Part shown: one piece after another, positions 52,175 to 63,127 of the stretch | How positions within the stretch are numbered: position 1 is the stretch's first letter | Layout of the letters: each line of letters starts with the position of its first letter | Assembly (NCBI GenBank): GCA_963789265.1 | Contig: CAWBKB010000003.1 | Location: forward strand, 864,001-928,000 | From: an uncultured delta proteobacterium | Lineage (GTDB): Bacteria; Desulfobacterota; Desulfomonilia; Desulfomonilales; Desulfomonilaceae | Length of the DNA stretch: 64,000 nt | Direction: 5' to 3' | Notes under the pieces: model-generated | What the model saw: only the letters and a program-made list of their open reading frames with translations | The model's database searches: none | Told to the model about the DNA's origin: nothing | Position numbers and translations under genes: made by a program

Positions 52175-54889
52175 TCATTTCGCGACACGGACTCGTCCCC
52201 ATTCAGGCAGTTTAACCCAATTAGATCCCGGCAAGCCGACGATTAAGCCGGCGATACCCCTGGGCAAAGAAGGATCGAGTTTCACGATAAGGCTCTGAGA
52301 CCACTTCGCCATATCAACCTGTACCACCCCGCCACCGGCTATGTTGAGCTCCGCTGCGTCTTCGTCATTCAGCATCAAGTACGGTTCGGGGACTCGCTCG
52401 GCCACGGCGCTTGCATTAGCGCTCAATTCCTCTGAACCGAAGATATGGTAAACGGCCACAATCAGGCATTCATCCTTGCGACGCTCAAAACCTTCGGGAA
52501 TCTCCCGAAAATGAGACTTCTGTTCAGCCTGTGTCGGCTCGATAAGCCGAACGCCGGGATCCCCCCCGCGCAATGGCCCACCAACCTCGCTTTGGAATTT
52601 GTTCAGGGCCTGGACAGAATTCCAACCTGGGGACCAGAAGCGAGGGATTATTGCACTCGGGGGTTGGCCTTCGTATCCTTCCATTGAAAAGGCAAGGGCT
52701 GAATCCCGATCTTCGGGTGGCTTCGGCTCGTGGACGCTCACATTCGCATGCATCGAGGTGCGCCCGCTGTATCGGTGCGGCTGTCGGGGTATTTTCATAC
52801 CCACAACTCGAAAGCCGGCAGCGGGTGTGGTGCCCGGCGTCGCTTCGAATTCAGGGATACTCCGCGCCATCGCAGCGGTTATATCATCCAGTGTTTGCCA
52901 CTTATCCGCCTCAGGCCGTGCCATCAGTGCCATCATGTCCAACAGCCATTTGCGGCTCTGTTGAACGTCCCCTACAGGAGCCATTACCTGAAAGAAACGT
53001 TGCGCTCTTCCTTCGTTATTGACGAGCGTTCCGTCGGCTTCGGCAAAAGTCCCCGCGGGTAGCACAACTTCAGCCTGCTGTAGGCACGCGTGTTGCAAGT
53101 GGTCGATTACTATCAGGTGCTTGGTGCGAGAGAGAAACTCTTTCACCGATTCAGCTTCCCCACGGCGGTAAAGGTCATTTTCCAGTACGATGACAGTGTC
53201 TGCCTTCTCATCCAGCACTTCTGCGAAGGCTTCCGCAAGTCTCCTGCCATTCATTAAACCTAGGCCCAGACTGTTGCACTCCGGTACCGTGAAGCACAGC
53301 CCTGCCGGTTTCCCTTTATTGCACAAAGCCCATGCGACATTGGCCGCGGCCTGAACCAACGAATCAGAGCCGCAACTGCCACCCGATACCACGAGCGGCC
53401 GTTCGGCTTCTTTCAGCGCCTGGGCAGCCGCTTGCGCGAACGATCGCAACTCTTCCGGAAGATCCACGACCGCGGGTGCATCCGGAGCCAGTTCGTGGGC
53501 GACAGCAAAACCTACGCGGGCCAAATCGACCGGCCCAGCGCGCAGGGTATGCAGTGCGACGTCATCGAGCTTGGTTGCAGCGGGGGTGGCAATGAAGAGC
53601 GGTCCGGTTTTGTCCTGGACGACATGTCGGACCGCATAGTCGCTCCACATGGGGCATTTCAGCTCTTTAGGGCGCTCCATCGGCTTCAGGCGCGCAGCTT
53701 GTCGAAGCGTAAGAGCGAGCATAGGTGCAACGTTGGTAACGTCTTCGCCCAGCACAAGCACGGCATCCGAGGCTTCAACCTCATGCAGTGACGGAGACCT
53801 GGCCGGCCCATTTTGCAGGATTTCAAGTATCAGCGAGATCATCTGATACTCGGTTTCCGACATTCCTGCGAAAAAGCGCTCGGGGCCTACGAGTGTCCGC
53901 AGGGCAAAATTTGCCTCAAGCGAGGCCCGCGGTGACCCGATCCCGATCACCCCGTAACTGCTTTTCAGCACAGTATGAAGACGATGGAGTGCCTGTTCAG
54001 TGTCCGTCGGTTCCAACAGGCCGCCTTCTTCGGATTTGACAAGAGGTCTACGAATTCTCTTCTCGCTGTTCACAAATTCGTATCCATAGCGCCCCCGGTC
54101 GCAAAGGAAATAGCCGTTAACCTCACCGTTGTAGCGGTTGCGTATGCGCCGCAACAGGCCGTAACGTTCGCCTGGAATGGTGTTGCACCCGAGACCGCAA
54201 TGGACACACACTGATGGGCCGGTTTGTAAATCCCATTTGCGCGTATAGTGCTTCTTCAGGGTTTTGTCCGTGAAGACTCCTGTGGGACAGATCTCAACAA
54301 GATTTCCGCTAAACTCATTCTCCAGAGTTCCATCCTCGAACCTTCCGAAATAAACGCGAGTGTTTATGCCGAAAACGTTGAAATCGCGGCCACCCGCGTA
54401 ATCGCGATAGAATCGTTCGCATCTATAGCACTGTATGCACCGGTTCATTTCATGGTTGAGAAACGGCCCTAGATATTGATTGCGATACGTGCGTTTCTTG
54501 AAGCGGAAACGGCGATAGGTGTGCCCTGTCATGACCGTCATGTCCTGAAGATGGCACTCCCCCCCTTCATCGCAAACAGGACAATCATGAGGATGGTTGA
54601 CCATGAGAAATTCAATCACACTTGCCCGGAATTCCATTGCTTCCGGATCGTCAATAGAGAGGCGCATACCGTCGGCGGCTGGGGTCATGCATGACATCAT
54701 AATACGGCCGCGCGTGTCCTTTTCATCTCTGAACACCTTGACAGCACACTGGCGGCAGGCCCCCACCGAATGTATGGCAGGATGCCAACAGAAATAGGGA
54801 ATATTGAAACCTAAAGAAAGGCATGCAGTGAGAAGATCTTGTCCGCCTTCAACTTGATACGGTTTATTATCTATATAAATAGTGGGCAT
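52175..54889 (-). CDS. nuoG: NADH-quinone oxidoreductase subunit G (long form)
   Basis: PYFCWHP, HPHDCPVCDEGGECHLQD, CIQCYRC, CVHCGLGC. Confidence 0.95.
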   Translation of the reverse strand: MPTIYIDNKPYQVEGGQDLLTACLSLGFNIPYFCWHPAIHSVGACRQCAVKVFRDEKDTRGRIMMSCMTPAADGMRLSIDDPEAMEFRASVIEFLMVNHPHDCPVCDEGGECHLQDMTVMTGHTYRRFRFKKRTYRNQYLGPFLNHEMNRCIQCYRCERFYRDYAGGRDFNVFGINTRVYFGRFEDGTLENEFSGNLVEICPTGVFTDKTLKKHYTRKWDLQTGPSVCVHCGLGCNTIPGERYGLLRRIRNRYNGEVNGYFLCDRGRYGYEFVNSEKRIRRPLVKSEEGGLLEPTDTEQALHRLHTVLKSSYGVIGIGSPRASLEANFALRTLVGPERFFAGMSETEYQMISLILEILQNGPARSPSLHEVEASDAVLVLGEDVTNVAPMLALTLRQAARLKPMERPKELKCPMWSDYAVRHVVQDKTGPLFIATPAATKLDDVALHTLRAGPVDLARVGFAVAHELAPDAPAVVDLPEELRSFAQAAAQALKEAERPLVVSGGSCGSDSLVQAAANVAWALCNKGKPAGLCFTVPECNSLGLGLMNGRRLAEAFAEVLDEKADTVIVLENDLYRRGEAESVKEFLSRTKHLIVIDHLQHACLQQAEVVLPAGTFAEADGTLVNNEGRAQRFFQVMAPVGDVQQSRKWLLDMMALMARPEADKWQTLDDITAAMARSIPEFEATPGTTPAAGFRVVGMKIPRQPHRYSGRTSMHANVSVHEPKPPEDRDSALAFSMEGYEGQPPSAIIPRFWSPGWNSVQALNKFQSEVGGPLRGGDPGVRLIEPTQAEQKSHFREIPEGFERRKDECLIVAVYHIFGSEELSANASAVAERVPEPYLMLNDEDAAELNIAGGGVVQVDMAKWSQSLIVKLDPSLPRGIAGLIVGLPGSNWVKLPEWGRVRVAK

Positions 54890-54892
54890 ACA

Positions 54893-56170
54893 TTATCTCC
54901 ACGGACACCGCTTTTCTCTGATATGCCTTTCAAAATCTTCCCTAAAATGGGCCAAAGCACTCTGCAAGGGTTCCATAGCCCCGGGCGCGAGCGCGCAAAA
55001 AGTGTGGCCCATGCGGAGCAACTTTGTGTGTAATTCGAGGCGGTCCAGATCTTCAGGCTCTCCCCTGCCATTATCTATGGTTTCTAGGATTTCTGCGGTC
55101 CAAGGCAGACCGTCACGGCACGGGGTGCACCAGCCGCAAGATTCACGCGCGAAGAACCGTTCCAAACTGTGTACCATGCCTACAGGACACGTGTGGTCAT
55201 CGAGGACGACGATGGTGCCGGTTCCAAGGCGACTTCCAGCCTTTTGGACTGAATCGTAATCCATTTCAACGTCCAGGTGCGTCTCCAGCAGAAACTCCGT
55301 CGACGCTCCACCGGGGATTATCCCCCTCAATTTGAGCCCTGCCCGCATACCGCCGGCATGCTCTTCGAAGATTTCTCGTAGGGTGGTCCCCATAGGGAGT
55401 TCCCACGCGCCTGGTTTTTTTACCTTGCCGCTGGCGCCGTAGATTTTCGTGCCACCGCATTCGGTAAGGCTCAAGCCTTTGAACCACTCGACCCCGTTAT
55501 TGATGATGTGAGGAATATTGCAAATAGTCTCAACATTATTGGTCGTGGTCGGCTTTCCCCACAGGCCCACATGAGTAGGACGAGGTACTTTGTCCCGTGG
55601 TATGCCACGTTTGCCTTCGAGCGAATTAAGCAATGCGGATCCTTCGCCGCATATATATCTGCCTGCACTAATGTGAAGAATCATCTTAAGGTTGTAGCCA
55701 GACCCCAGGATATTTTCCCCTAAATACCCGCTGTCGTAAGCCTCGGCAATTGCTTGGCTTAACACTTTCTTCGCCAGCGTGTATTCCCGGCGTAGAAAAA
55801 TAAAGGCAACGTCCGCCTGAATCGCGTATGCCGACACTATCATACCTTCTATGAGCTGATGCGGATCTCCGTCCATTAGCAGACGATCTTTGAATGTGGC
55901 AGGCTCCATCTCATCAGCGTTAACTATCAAGTATCTGGTCCCGGGGACTTCATCCGGCGATGCCATTGACTCCCATTTGACGCCCGTCGGAAAACCCGCC
56001 CCACCACGACCACGCAGGTTGGTCTTCTTCACCATCTCGACAACTTCCTGAGGCGTCATCGTCTTGAGAGCCTTGTGAACCGACTTGTAGCCGCCCGCTT
56101 TTTCATATTCTTTGAGATCCAGTGGCGGTTCGCCCGGCTTAATGTTTTTTGTCAGCGGTCGTTCCATCAA
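54893..56170 (-). CDS. nuoF: NADH-quinone oxidoreductase subunit F
   Basis: GRGGAGFPTGVKW, NADEMEP, ESCGWCTPCRDG. Confidence 0.95.
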   Translation of the reverse strand: MMERPLTKNIKPGEPPLDLKEYEKAGGYKSVHKALKTMTPQEVVEMVKKTNLRGRGGAGFPTGVKWESMASPDEVPGTRYLIVNADEMEPATFKDRLLMDGDPHQLIEGMIVSAYAIQADVAFIFLRREYTLAKKVLSQAIAEAYDSGYLGENILGSGYNLKMILHISAGRYICGEGSALLNSLEGKRGIPRDKVPRPTHVGLWGKPTTTNNVETICNIPHIINNGVEWFKGLSLTECGGTKIYGASGKVKKPGAWELPMGTTLREIFEEHAGGMRAGLKLRGIIPGGASTEFLLETHLDVEMDYDSVQKAGSRLGTGTIVVLDDHTCPVGMVHSLERFFARESCGWCTPCRDGLPWTAEILETIDNGRGEPEDLDRLELHTKLLRMGHTFCALAPGAMEPLQSALAHFREDFERHIREKRCPWR

Positions 56171-56178
56171 TCCGTTTC

Positions 56179-56643
56179 CTATGCATATTTTGCAAGAATT
56201 TGGTCCAATTTGGCCGGGTCCAAATCCCCATAAACCTCGTCGTCGATCATCAGGGCGGGGGCCTGCTCACACACTCCCAGACACTGTATCGGGAGCAAAG
56301 TGAATCTCCCGTCCGCGGTAGTCTGCCCGTATTCCACGCCAAGGCTCGTCTTCAGATGATCGATCAGTTGTTCATATCCCATTATGTAGCAGGTCACACT
56401 GTCGCACACGAGGATCAGGTGTCTTCCAACCGGCTTTCTGAAAAGATGGTTATAAAAAGTCGCCACACCGTCCAGCTCGTCAGGGGTCATTTCCAGGAAA
56501 GCAGCCAGTTCGCGGATTGTTTCATCGGAGAGCCAGCCGAAATGGCGCGTCACAATCTGCATAGCTTCGATGCACGCCGACCCTTTATTCTCTAACCGCT
56601 CAAATTCGGCTTCAATCTCTTGTTTGATCTCTTCCGTCAGCAT
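56179..56643 (-). CDS. nuoE: NADH-quinone oxidoreductase subunit E
   Basis: VATFY, CDSVTC, CLGVCEQAP. Confidence 0.93.
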   Translation of the reverse strand: MLTEEIKQEIEAEFERLENKGSACIEAMQIVTRHFGWLSDETIRELAAFLEMTPDELDGVATFYNHLFRKPVGRHLILVCDSVTCYIMGYEQLIDHLKTSLGVEYGQTTADGRFTLLPIQCLGVCEQAPALMIDDEVYGDLDPAKLDQILAKYA

Positions 56644-56697
56644 CAATTCGACCTTGCTTTCGTGTAAACTTCCGTCATGCCAATGCGCCGGCATTAC

Positions 56698-58446
56698 TCA
56701 CCGGTCCACATCCGCCATCACAAAATCAATGCTGCCGAGGATGGCTATCAGATCGGCAACCGCCAGCCCTCGGCTCATCAGAGGAATCATTTGCAGATGA
56801 GCAAACGACGGCGTGCGAATACGCGTGCGGTACGACACTGTGTTGCCGTCGCTGATCAGGTAATATCCGTTATTGCCTTTGGTGGCTTCAATGCCGCAGA
56901 ATGCCTCACCGGGCGGTATGACGGGACCCCAGCTCACGCTTAAGAAATGGTTAATGAGCGTTTCTATGTCATGCATTGTATGCTCTTTAAGCGGGGGTGT
57001 TGCGAGGGGGTGATCCGCCTTATAAGGTCCTTCAGGCATGTTGTCCAGGCATTGTCTGATAATGCGTAGACTCTGGCGCATCTCCTCGACCCGCACCACA
57101 CCGCGATCGTATGAGTCACCGTGGGTCGCAGTGGGAATATCGAACTCGAATTGATCGTACCCCGAGTAAGGTCTCTTCTTGCGAAAGTCCCACTCTAAGC
57201 CGCATGCGCGTAAGCCCGGCCCGGTCGCTCCCCATTCTATTGCTTCGTCCAAGGTGTAGCTTCCAACCCCCACTGTACGGGCTTGAAAAATCCTGTTCTT
57301 CATCACCAGTTTGTCGTATTCAGCCAATCGCTTCGGAAGATAATCCAAGAACCTTCTCACGAGCTTGTCCCACCCATTGGGCAAGTCTTGGGCCACACCT
57401 CCGATACGGAACCAACTCGGGTGCATGCGGCCGCCGCAAATAGCCTCTACTATCTCAAAAACCCGCTCCCGGTCGTTAAACATAAAAAATACCGGTGACA
57501 TTGCCCCTACGTCCTGCGCAAAGGTGCCGTACCAGACCAAATGGCTCGCGATCCTGAAGAATTCAGCCATCATGACCCTGATAACCTGGGCTTTGTCCGG
57601 AGCCTTGATGCCTGCCAGCTTCTCAACCGCCAGCACGTACGGCAGATTGTTCATCGCGCCGCCGAGGTAATCAATTCGATCCGTATAGGGAATGAAAGTA
57701 TGCCAGGATTGGCGCTCGCCCATCTTCTCCGCGCCGCGGTGGTGATAGCCGATGTCCGGCACCGCGTCCACTATTTCTTCACCGTCGAGCTGAAGCACAA
57801 TTCGAAAAACGCCGTGGGTCCCGGGATGTTGTGGCCCCAGATTTAGAAACATGTAATCAGTCTCGGGACGACCGGAGGACAGGCCCCAATCTTCGGGCCG
57901 AAACTGAAGCAAGCCCTCTTCATACACAGCCCGGGCTTCGGACATGCTAAACGGCTCCATTTCCGTGGCGCGAGCGGGATGTTCTTTCCTCAGCGGATGG
58001 CCTTCCCAATAGGGCGGCATCAGGATTCGCGTAAGATGCGGGTGATCCTCAAATCCGATGCCGAACATGTCCCACACTTCACGCTCGTACCAATTGGCAG
58101 AAGGCCAAATGTCCACCACGCTGCGTACAGAAGGAAATTCCCCTTTCAAAGGAAGTTTTAGTCGGAGATCCTCGTTACGGTCGTAAGAAAGGAGGTGATA
58201 TACCACCGTAAAGTCATAATCCGGCAGTCCGTGAGCATTGGAGCGTACTCTCTCGTCAACGGCCGTGAGATCGTAAAGGGTTCTATACGGCTTCTCAGTC
58301 CCGGATTTGAGCCAACTTAGGATTTCGCGAGCCTTTTCGCTCGATACCCAGACCGTAGGAATTTCGTCACGGGTTGCCTGTATTGCGAGAATTGAATCAG
58401 GAAACTTTGTTTGCAATTGCTGTATGATTATTGAGTCATTATTCAT
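56698..58446 (-). CDS. nuoCD: NADH-quinone oxidoreductase fused subunit C/D
   Basis: [14 protein letters not shown] and [12 protein letters not shown]...DFVMADVDR in one ORF. Confidence 0.95.
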   Translation of the reverse strand: MNNDSIIIQQLQTKFPDSILAIQATRDEIPTVWVSSEKAREILSWLKSGTEKPYRTLYDLTAVDERVRSNAHGLPDYDFTVVYHLLSYDRNEDLRLKLPLKGEFPSVRSVVDIWPSANWYEREVWDMFGIGFEDHPHLTRILMPPYWEGHPLRKEHPARATEMEPFSMSEARAVYEEGLLQFRPEDWGLSSGRPETDYMFLNLGPQHPGTHGVFRIVLQLDGEEIVDAVPDIGYHHRGAEKMGERQSWHTFIPYTDRIDYLGGAMNNLPYVLAVEKLAGIKAPDKAQVIRVMMAEFFRIASHLVWYGTFAQDVGAMSPVFFMFNDRERVFEIVEAICGGRMHPSWFRIGGVAQDLPNGWDKLVRRFLDYLPKRLAEYDKLVMKNRIFQARTVGVGSYTLDEAIEWGATGPGLRACGLEWDFRKKRPYSGYDQFEFDIPTATHGDSYDRGVVRVEEMRQSLRIIRQCLDNMPEGPYKADHPLATPPLKEHTMHDIETLINHFLSVSWGPVIPPGEAFCGIEATKGNNGYYLISDGNTVSYRTRIRTPSFAHLQMIPLMSRGLAVADLIAILGSIDFVMADVDR

Positions 58447-58588
58447 TAAGCGTGGCTCTTTTCGCCCTGGGGATCGATCCCCGTCAATACCGCTGACTTA
58501 AGAAGAATGTTATCAGCCCTGAGTCAACATGTTTGGAACCAATGTTAATGGTTACGCGTCTTATCAATCTCCCCCGGCAATAACGTAA

Positions 58589-59212
58589 TTAGATTTCATC
58601 CGGCGAACGCAGTTCCATGGTGCTGCGCCTTTTTTCCCTTTTTGAATCGCGGAGAGCGGGCTTTGCGGGGCGTTCCACCTGTTGCGGGCCGACCACCCAG
58701 CTCAGAGGCCGTCTTTCGTGACCTACAGCCTGTTGCAGCAACAAGAGGCCTTCCAACAATGCGTCGGGCCGGGGAGGACACCCGGGCACGTACACATCCA
58801 CGGGGAGAAACTTGTCCACCCCCTGAACCACGCTGTAAATGTCGTACATGCCTCCCGAGTTGGCACAGGAGCCCATAGAAATTACCCAGCGCGGTTCCAT
58901 CATCTGTTGATACAATCGTTCGATTATAGGGGCCATCTTCATGAACACCGTGCCTGCTATTACCATTAGATCCGACTCTCTCGGCGTCCCTCTTAAAACT
59001 TCGGATCCGTACCGCGCAATGTCGTATCTGCTTGTGAAACTTGTGGCCATTTCCACGTAACAGCAGGAGAGGCCAAAGTTGAAAGGCCATATCGAATACT
59101 TACGGCCCCAGGCAAGGAGATCCTGCAACCGAGTCATGATGACGCTCCGCGTAACGGCATCCGCAACAGAGCCTATCTCCTGTCGCAGGGGCTTGATCGA
59201 CGACCGATTCAT
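58589..59212 (-). CDS. nuoB: NADH-quinone oxidoreductase subunit B
   Basis: [27 protein letters not shown]. Confidence 0.95.
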   Translation of the reverse strand: MNRSSIKPLRQEIGSVADAVTRSVIMTRLQDLLAWGRKYSIWPFNFGLSCCYVEMATSFTSRYDIARYGSEVLRGTPRESDLMVIAGTVFMKMAPIIERLYQQMMEPRWVISMGSCANSGGMYDIYSVVQGVDKFLPVDVYVPGCPPRPDALLEGLLLLQQAVGHERRPLSWVVGPQQVERPAKPALRDSKREKRRSTMELRSPDEI

Positions 59213-59246
59213 AGGTCTTGAAATCCTTTCACGATATCACGACTAT

Positions 59247-59645
59247 TTAGACTTGGTCCGCCTTTTGCCTGGTTGTTCTCAGCTCCAGTGCTCCAATCCG
59301 CCAAAGATACACGAGTGCAACCAGAAGAACGCCGATGAAAACGACTATTTCCAGGTAGCCCGTCCAACCGAGCTCGCGAAGAGCCACGGCCCACGCAAAA
59401 ATGAAGATTGTTTCCAAGTCGAAAATTACAAAGAAAACAGCAACGAGATAGAATCGCACGTCAAAGCGAACCCGTGCGGAGCTGGTTATAAGGATTCCTG
59501 ACTCGTACGGCTGGCCCGTTGTTCTCTCTTTATGGCGCTCGCCGAGAAAGAACGAAATAAGTATCATGGCGGCCACAAGAGCGATAACAGCAAAAAAATA
59601 GACCGCTAAAGGCCAAAGAGCAGTATCCGCGGCCGACACATTCAA
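59247..59645 (-). CDS. nuoA: NADH-quinone oxidoreductase subunit A
   Basis: PYESG, FYLVAVFFVIFDLE; GAGGAGG RBS, TTG start. Confidence 0.93.
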   Translation of the reverse strand: MNVSAADTALWPLAVYFFAVIALVAAMILISFFLGERHKERTTGQPYESGILITSSARVRFDVRFYLVAVFFVIFDLETIFIFAWAVALRELGWTGYLEIVVFIGVLLVALVYLWRIGALELRTTRQKADQV

Positions 59646-59896
59646 TTGCGTGCCTCCTCATCAATTTCGGCTCACATCGCGACTCTGCAAGCACTATTAT
59701 ACCTTTTCCGTTCTATTGTTCAACCTCTGCTTTTTTCGTTGGTAAACACGCGCATATATAGCTCCGATTTCTTACAGTGCCTTAAATGTTCGCAACTTTA
59801 TTGGATCTTGCTACCGATCTGGCCATCCTGTCCAGCCTAAAGAATGCGTCACGGCTGCGCCGACAATACCAACCTTCTTTGGCATGACATTCCCCC

Positions 59897-61312
59897 TCAT
59901 GTTCTGCGAGCGTTAGTCACTGTGGTAGACCGAGGTACCAAATGAAAGATACCGATTTCCGGCGGGCAATTTATTCTCCACGGGAAAAAGATCAACCCAA
60001 CCCCCTCATTCACGTACATTCTACACTGAAACTTCCTATACCACCCGTGAGTATAGTACGAAAAGAAACTAGCCGGGGTGAAGCCCTTAGGATGGCCGGG
60101 CCGGGGGATGATCATTTGGCCGCCGTGAGTATGGCCTGCAAGCACTAGATCGAATCTCGCGTAGGCCGCGAGAGGCAAAATAGAGGGGCGATGACAAAGG
60201 AGTATACGCATTCCCGGTCTTTTAGGAGATTTGTCCATCAAAGCTTGAAATGTTTCGGATTCAGGAGCAGGCGGCCATTCCACGAGTAGATCGTCCAGGC
60301 CGGCGAGGTGTATCGTCGTCCCTTGATGCTCGAGAGAAGCCCACTTATCGCCCAGGTGAAGGAGATTGCTTCTGCGGAAGCTCGCGAGCGCTCGTTTTGT
60401 TCCCACATACCGCTCGTGATTCCCCATGATGGCATAGTTGCCATAGCGTCTTGGGATGAGTTTTCTCAGCGTAGGTTCCGCTGCTTCCACCGCTGTGAAT
60501 CGGGAATGAAAAATGTCACCCGTGAGGACAACAGCATCAGCGGCAACAGAATTAAGACGTTCGACCAGGTTTTCCAGCTCGTTTGCCCCGAAATACCAGC
60601 CAAAGTGGAGATCCGAAACCTGAACGATTGTGACGGGATTGCGCATTCCGCCCAATGTTGGAAGAGACAGTTCGTACTCATTGAGCACCGGATTTTGATA
60701 GCCTTCTCGCAAACCATAACCTGCGGTGCCAAACGTGGCCGCCAGGCCGGTCAAACCGGCAAATCTGAGAAAAGAGCGTCTGGAAACGTCGCCCACATGG
60801 TTCCCCGGCCATTTTTTCGCATTATGAAGTTCCTTATCGCGATCGCAGACAGCGGCCGGCTGCCCGGACTGTGGCGCAAAATTCTCGCCTTCCCGGGCCG
60901 TGCTGAGATCGGTATCAACACGCCGCTGAGCGCCCCGGGGGCCCCCCATTGAATCGCAGGGCTGCTCGGTCGTGACAACAGGACGATTCGATATGGGGAA
61001 AACCCAACTCAGCGCCAGCAGGCTTGCGAAAAGGAGACATATCAAGACGAACACGGCCACGGAACTGAAGTAAGCCACCGCTAGAAACTGCCGTCCGGGA
61101 AAGTCGGGAGGTAAAAACGGTATGCCTAGCAGTATGACACAGAGCAGTATAAGATTTGTGACCGTCAAAACGCCGATGGTGTAATATTGACTTCTTCGCG
61201 ACGATTCCGCCCCATGCTGGAAAACAATTTTCCGGATGGAAGTAATTGCGTACCATTGCGTTGGAATCACCATGATTCCATAAACCAGAAGGACGGTTAC
61301 AATTCTTAGCAT
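59897..61312 (-). CDS. Membrane-anchored metallophosphoesterase (YkuE-like)
   Basis: SDLH, LTGD, GNHE, LCHRP, AGHTHGGQ; N-terminal TM helices. Confidence 0.88.
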   Translation of the reverse strand: MLRIVTVLLVYGIMVIPTQWYAITSIRKIVFQHGAESSRRSQYYTIGVLTVTNLILLCVILLGIPFLPPDFPGRQFLAVAYFSSVAVFVLICLLFASLLALSWVFPISNRPVVTTEQPCDSMGGPRGAQRRVDTDLSTAREGENFAPQSGQPAAVCDRDKELHNAKKWPGNHVGDVSRRSFLRFAGLTGLAATFGTAGYGLREGYQNPVLNEYELSLPTLGGMRNPVTIVQVSDLHFGWYFGANELENLVERLNSVAADAVVLTGDIFHSRFTAVEAAEPTLRKLIPRRYGNYAIMGNHERYVGTKRALASFRRSNLLHLGDKWASLEHQGTTIHLAGLDDLLVEWPPAPESETFQALMDKSPKRPGMRILLCHRPSILPLAAYARFDLVLAGHTHGGQMIIPRPGHPKGFTPASFFSYYTHGWYRKFQCRMYVNEGVGLIFFPWRINCPPEIGIFHLVPRSTTVTNARRT

Positions 61313-61608
61313 TCTTCAATAATCTATCACCTCATAAAACGAATCAAGAGGTGGGCTTTGTCTCTCGGGTATCGAGCCCTTTTGCGTCGGCTTCGCCAGG
61401 CTTGGCTCTGGAAGGAGCAGCTTGCGCTGTTCTGTCTTCGAGGAGCTTTGAGAACAATATCCTTGTCTTTCAAGAGCTTCTCGGATATATGGTAAAGCGT
61501 CTTTGAAGTGATTGAAGTTTGTTGGATGTAAGCTTTCGCTCCGTGCCACCATCAGTAATTTGGCTAAAGGGTAATTGATTTCCTGGGCAATGGTCGGCCG
61601 AGAAGGAT

Positions 61609-62034
61609 GTGGATATGATTCGAAGCGTCCGTCTCCTGGTCACTGCATTTGCTTTGACTGCTTTCCTAGTCGTGCCCCTGTCAACCCTGGGAGCATACCC
61701 GAACCTTCCCAATAAATGGAGGATAACCAGCATCAAGCTCTGCCGAAGTCGGGGAGGCACTCTCATTCCTAATGTTGATGCGATCGGCAACTACCCGGTT
61801 TATTCCTTCTTCATTCCCCGTCCTGTTTGGACCGTTAACGGCACAGTGGTCGAAGCCCAGCCCATTTACGAACACGGTCGACTAACTGCTTTTGAGCTCT
61901 TTAATGCCGCCGCTTACCTGAAGTCCGGGTCGAAAAACACAATAAAATTTGCCCTGCCTGACCAAAATGCTTCCAAAGTCTTTGTATACGATGAAACCCG
62001 GCCTGCACCGGGACAATGCTACGAATTTTTTTGA
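61609..62034 (+). CDS. Secreted hypothetical protein
   Basis: 141-aa ORF with signal-peptide-like N-terminus; no family recognised. Confidence 0.55.
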   Translation: MDMIRSVRLLVTAFALTAFLVVPLSTLGAYPNLPNKWRITSIKLCRSRGGTLIPNVDAIGNYPVYSFFIPRPVWTVNGTVVEAQPIYEHGRLTAFELFNAAAYLKSGSKNTIKFALPDQNASKVFVYDETRPAPGQCYEFF

Positions 62035-62053
62035 GCACCTTGGTCGGCTTCGA

Positions 62054-62962
62054 TCAGGGAGGACACTTGGCGCAAATTGACTTGAAGAGTGTAGTGCTAA
62101 GATACCTGTCTCCGCGGTCAGGGAGTATGCACACAATAGTGCCGGATTTGAGATCTTTTGAAGCTTGCATCGCACCGTAGACAGCCGCGCCGGAACTCAT
62201 GCCTACAAAAATGCCTTGAGTGAGGGCCAGCCAGCGAGCGGTATCGTAAGCCTGCTCATCGTTTACTACCATGATCCTGTCGATCTTGGCCGGATCATAG
62301 ATAGGGGGCACAATGGCTTCTTTCATGTTCTTCAAGCCTTGAATGGCATGGCCCTCCACTGGTTCCACACCCACGATCTCGATCGCGGGATTGTGCTCTT
62401 TCAGGCGGCGAGCCACTCCCATCAACGTGCCGGTTGTACCCATACCGGCTACAAAAATATCGATTTCGCCTGTCGTTTGTTCGAGTATCTCCACGCCTGT
62501 CGTCATGTAATGAGCTTCGATGTTGTAAGGATTCTCGAATTGATTCGGCATGAAGTATTTTTCGGGATTCGATTCATATATTTGGTGAGCACGCCTTATC
62601 GCGCCGTCAGTGGCTTCCCCGGGTGGCGTGACCTCCAGTTCGGCCCCGTACGCTTTCAAAGTGTTTCGCCTTTCCAGGCTGACGCATTCCGGAAGTGTCA
62701 ACAGACATCGATATCCTTTGTTCGCGGCCACCATCGAAAGCCCGATGCCCGTATTTCCGGACGTTGGTTCAAGTATGATTTTATCCTTGGTGAGTACGCC
62801 TTCTTCTTCGGCCTTCATTATCATGTAATAGGCAATACGGTCTTTGACCGATCCGCCGGGGTTGTTGCCTTCAAGCTTGCCCAGTATGCGAACTCCGTTG
62901 GAGCCGTTCGGGTAATTGATTCTCACCATAGGTGTGTTTCCGATAAGATCGAGAATTCCCAT
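62054..62962 (-). CDS. cysM: Cysteine synthase (CysM-like, PLP-dependent)
   Basis: KLEGNNPGGSVKDR, TSGNTGI, GMGTTGT, PDRGDRYLST. Confidence 0.88.
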   Translation of the reverse strand: MGILDLIGNTPMVRINYPNGSNGVRILGKLEGNNPGGSVKDRIAYYMIMKAEEEGVLTKDKIILEPTSGNTGIGLSMVAANKGYRCLLTLPECVSLERRNTLKAYGAELEVTPPGEATDGAIRRAHQIYESNPEKYFMPNQFENPYNIEAHYMTTGVEILEQTTGEIDIFVAGMGTTGTLMGVARRLKEHNPAIEIVGVEPVEGHAIQGLKNMKEAIVPPIYDPAKIDRIMVVNDEQAYDTARWLALTQGIFVGMSSGAAVYGAMQASKDLKSGTIVCILPDRGDRYLSTTLFKSICAKCPP

Positions 62963-63127
62963 TTTCCGCCTCTGAAGTTGATGCAAACCCGCTTCTTATA
63001 TCATTTCGCCGGCGGATCAAGCAATAGATTCGAGCTTATAATTATTCTTGCCTATTTAATTCAACATGATATACGCCTGACATAAAGTAACACCTCCAGC
63101 CCTCATGGGCTCGAGAGAGGAGGGGCC

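Noticed and set aside
58447..58588. 142-bp gap between nuoB and nuoCD as a regulatory element or insertion
   Set aside because: Only weak palindromes; no TIR, direct repeat or clear promoter
60750..60790. Twin-arginine motif (SRRSFLR) suggesting a separate Tat-exported gene
   Set aside because: It is internal to the metallophosphoesterase ORF, where such motifs are common
61316..61552. 78-aa minus-strand ORF upstream of the metallophosphoesterase
   Set aside because: No clear RBS or recognisable motif; it could be real but is unsupported
62165..63085. 306-aa plus-strand ORF and similar long antisense ORFs
   Set aside because: Shadow frames of well-supported genes on the opposite strand (here cysM)
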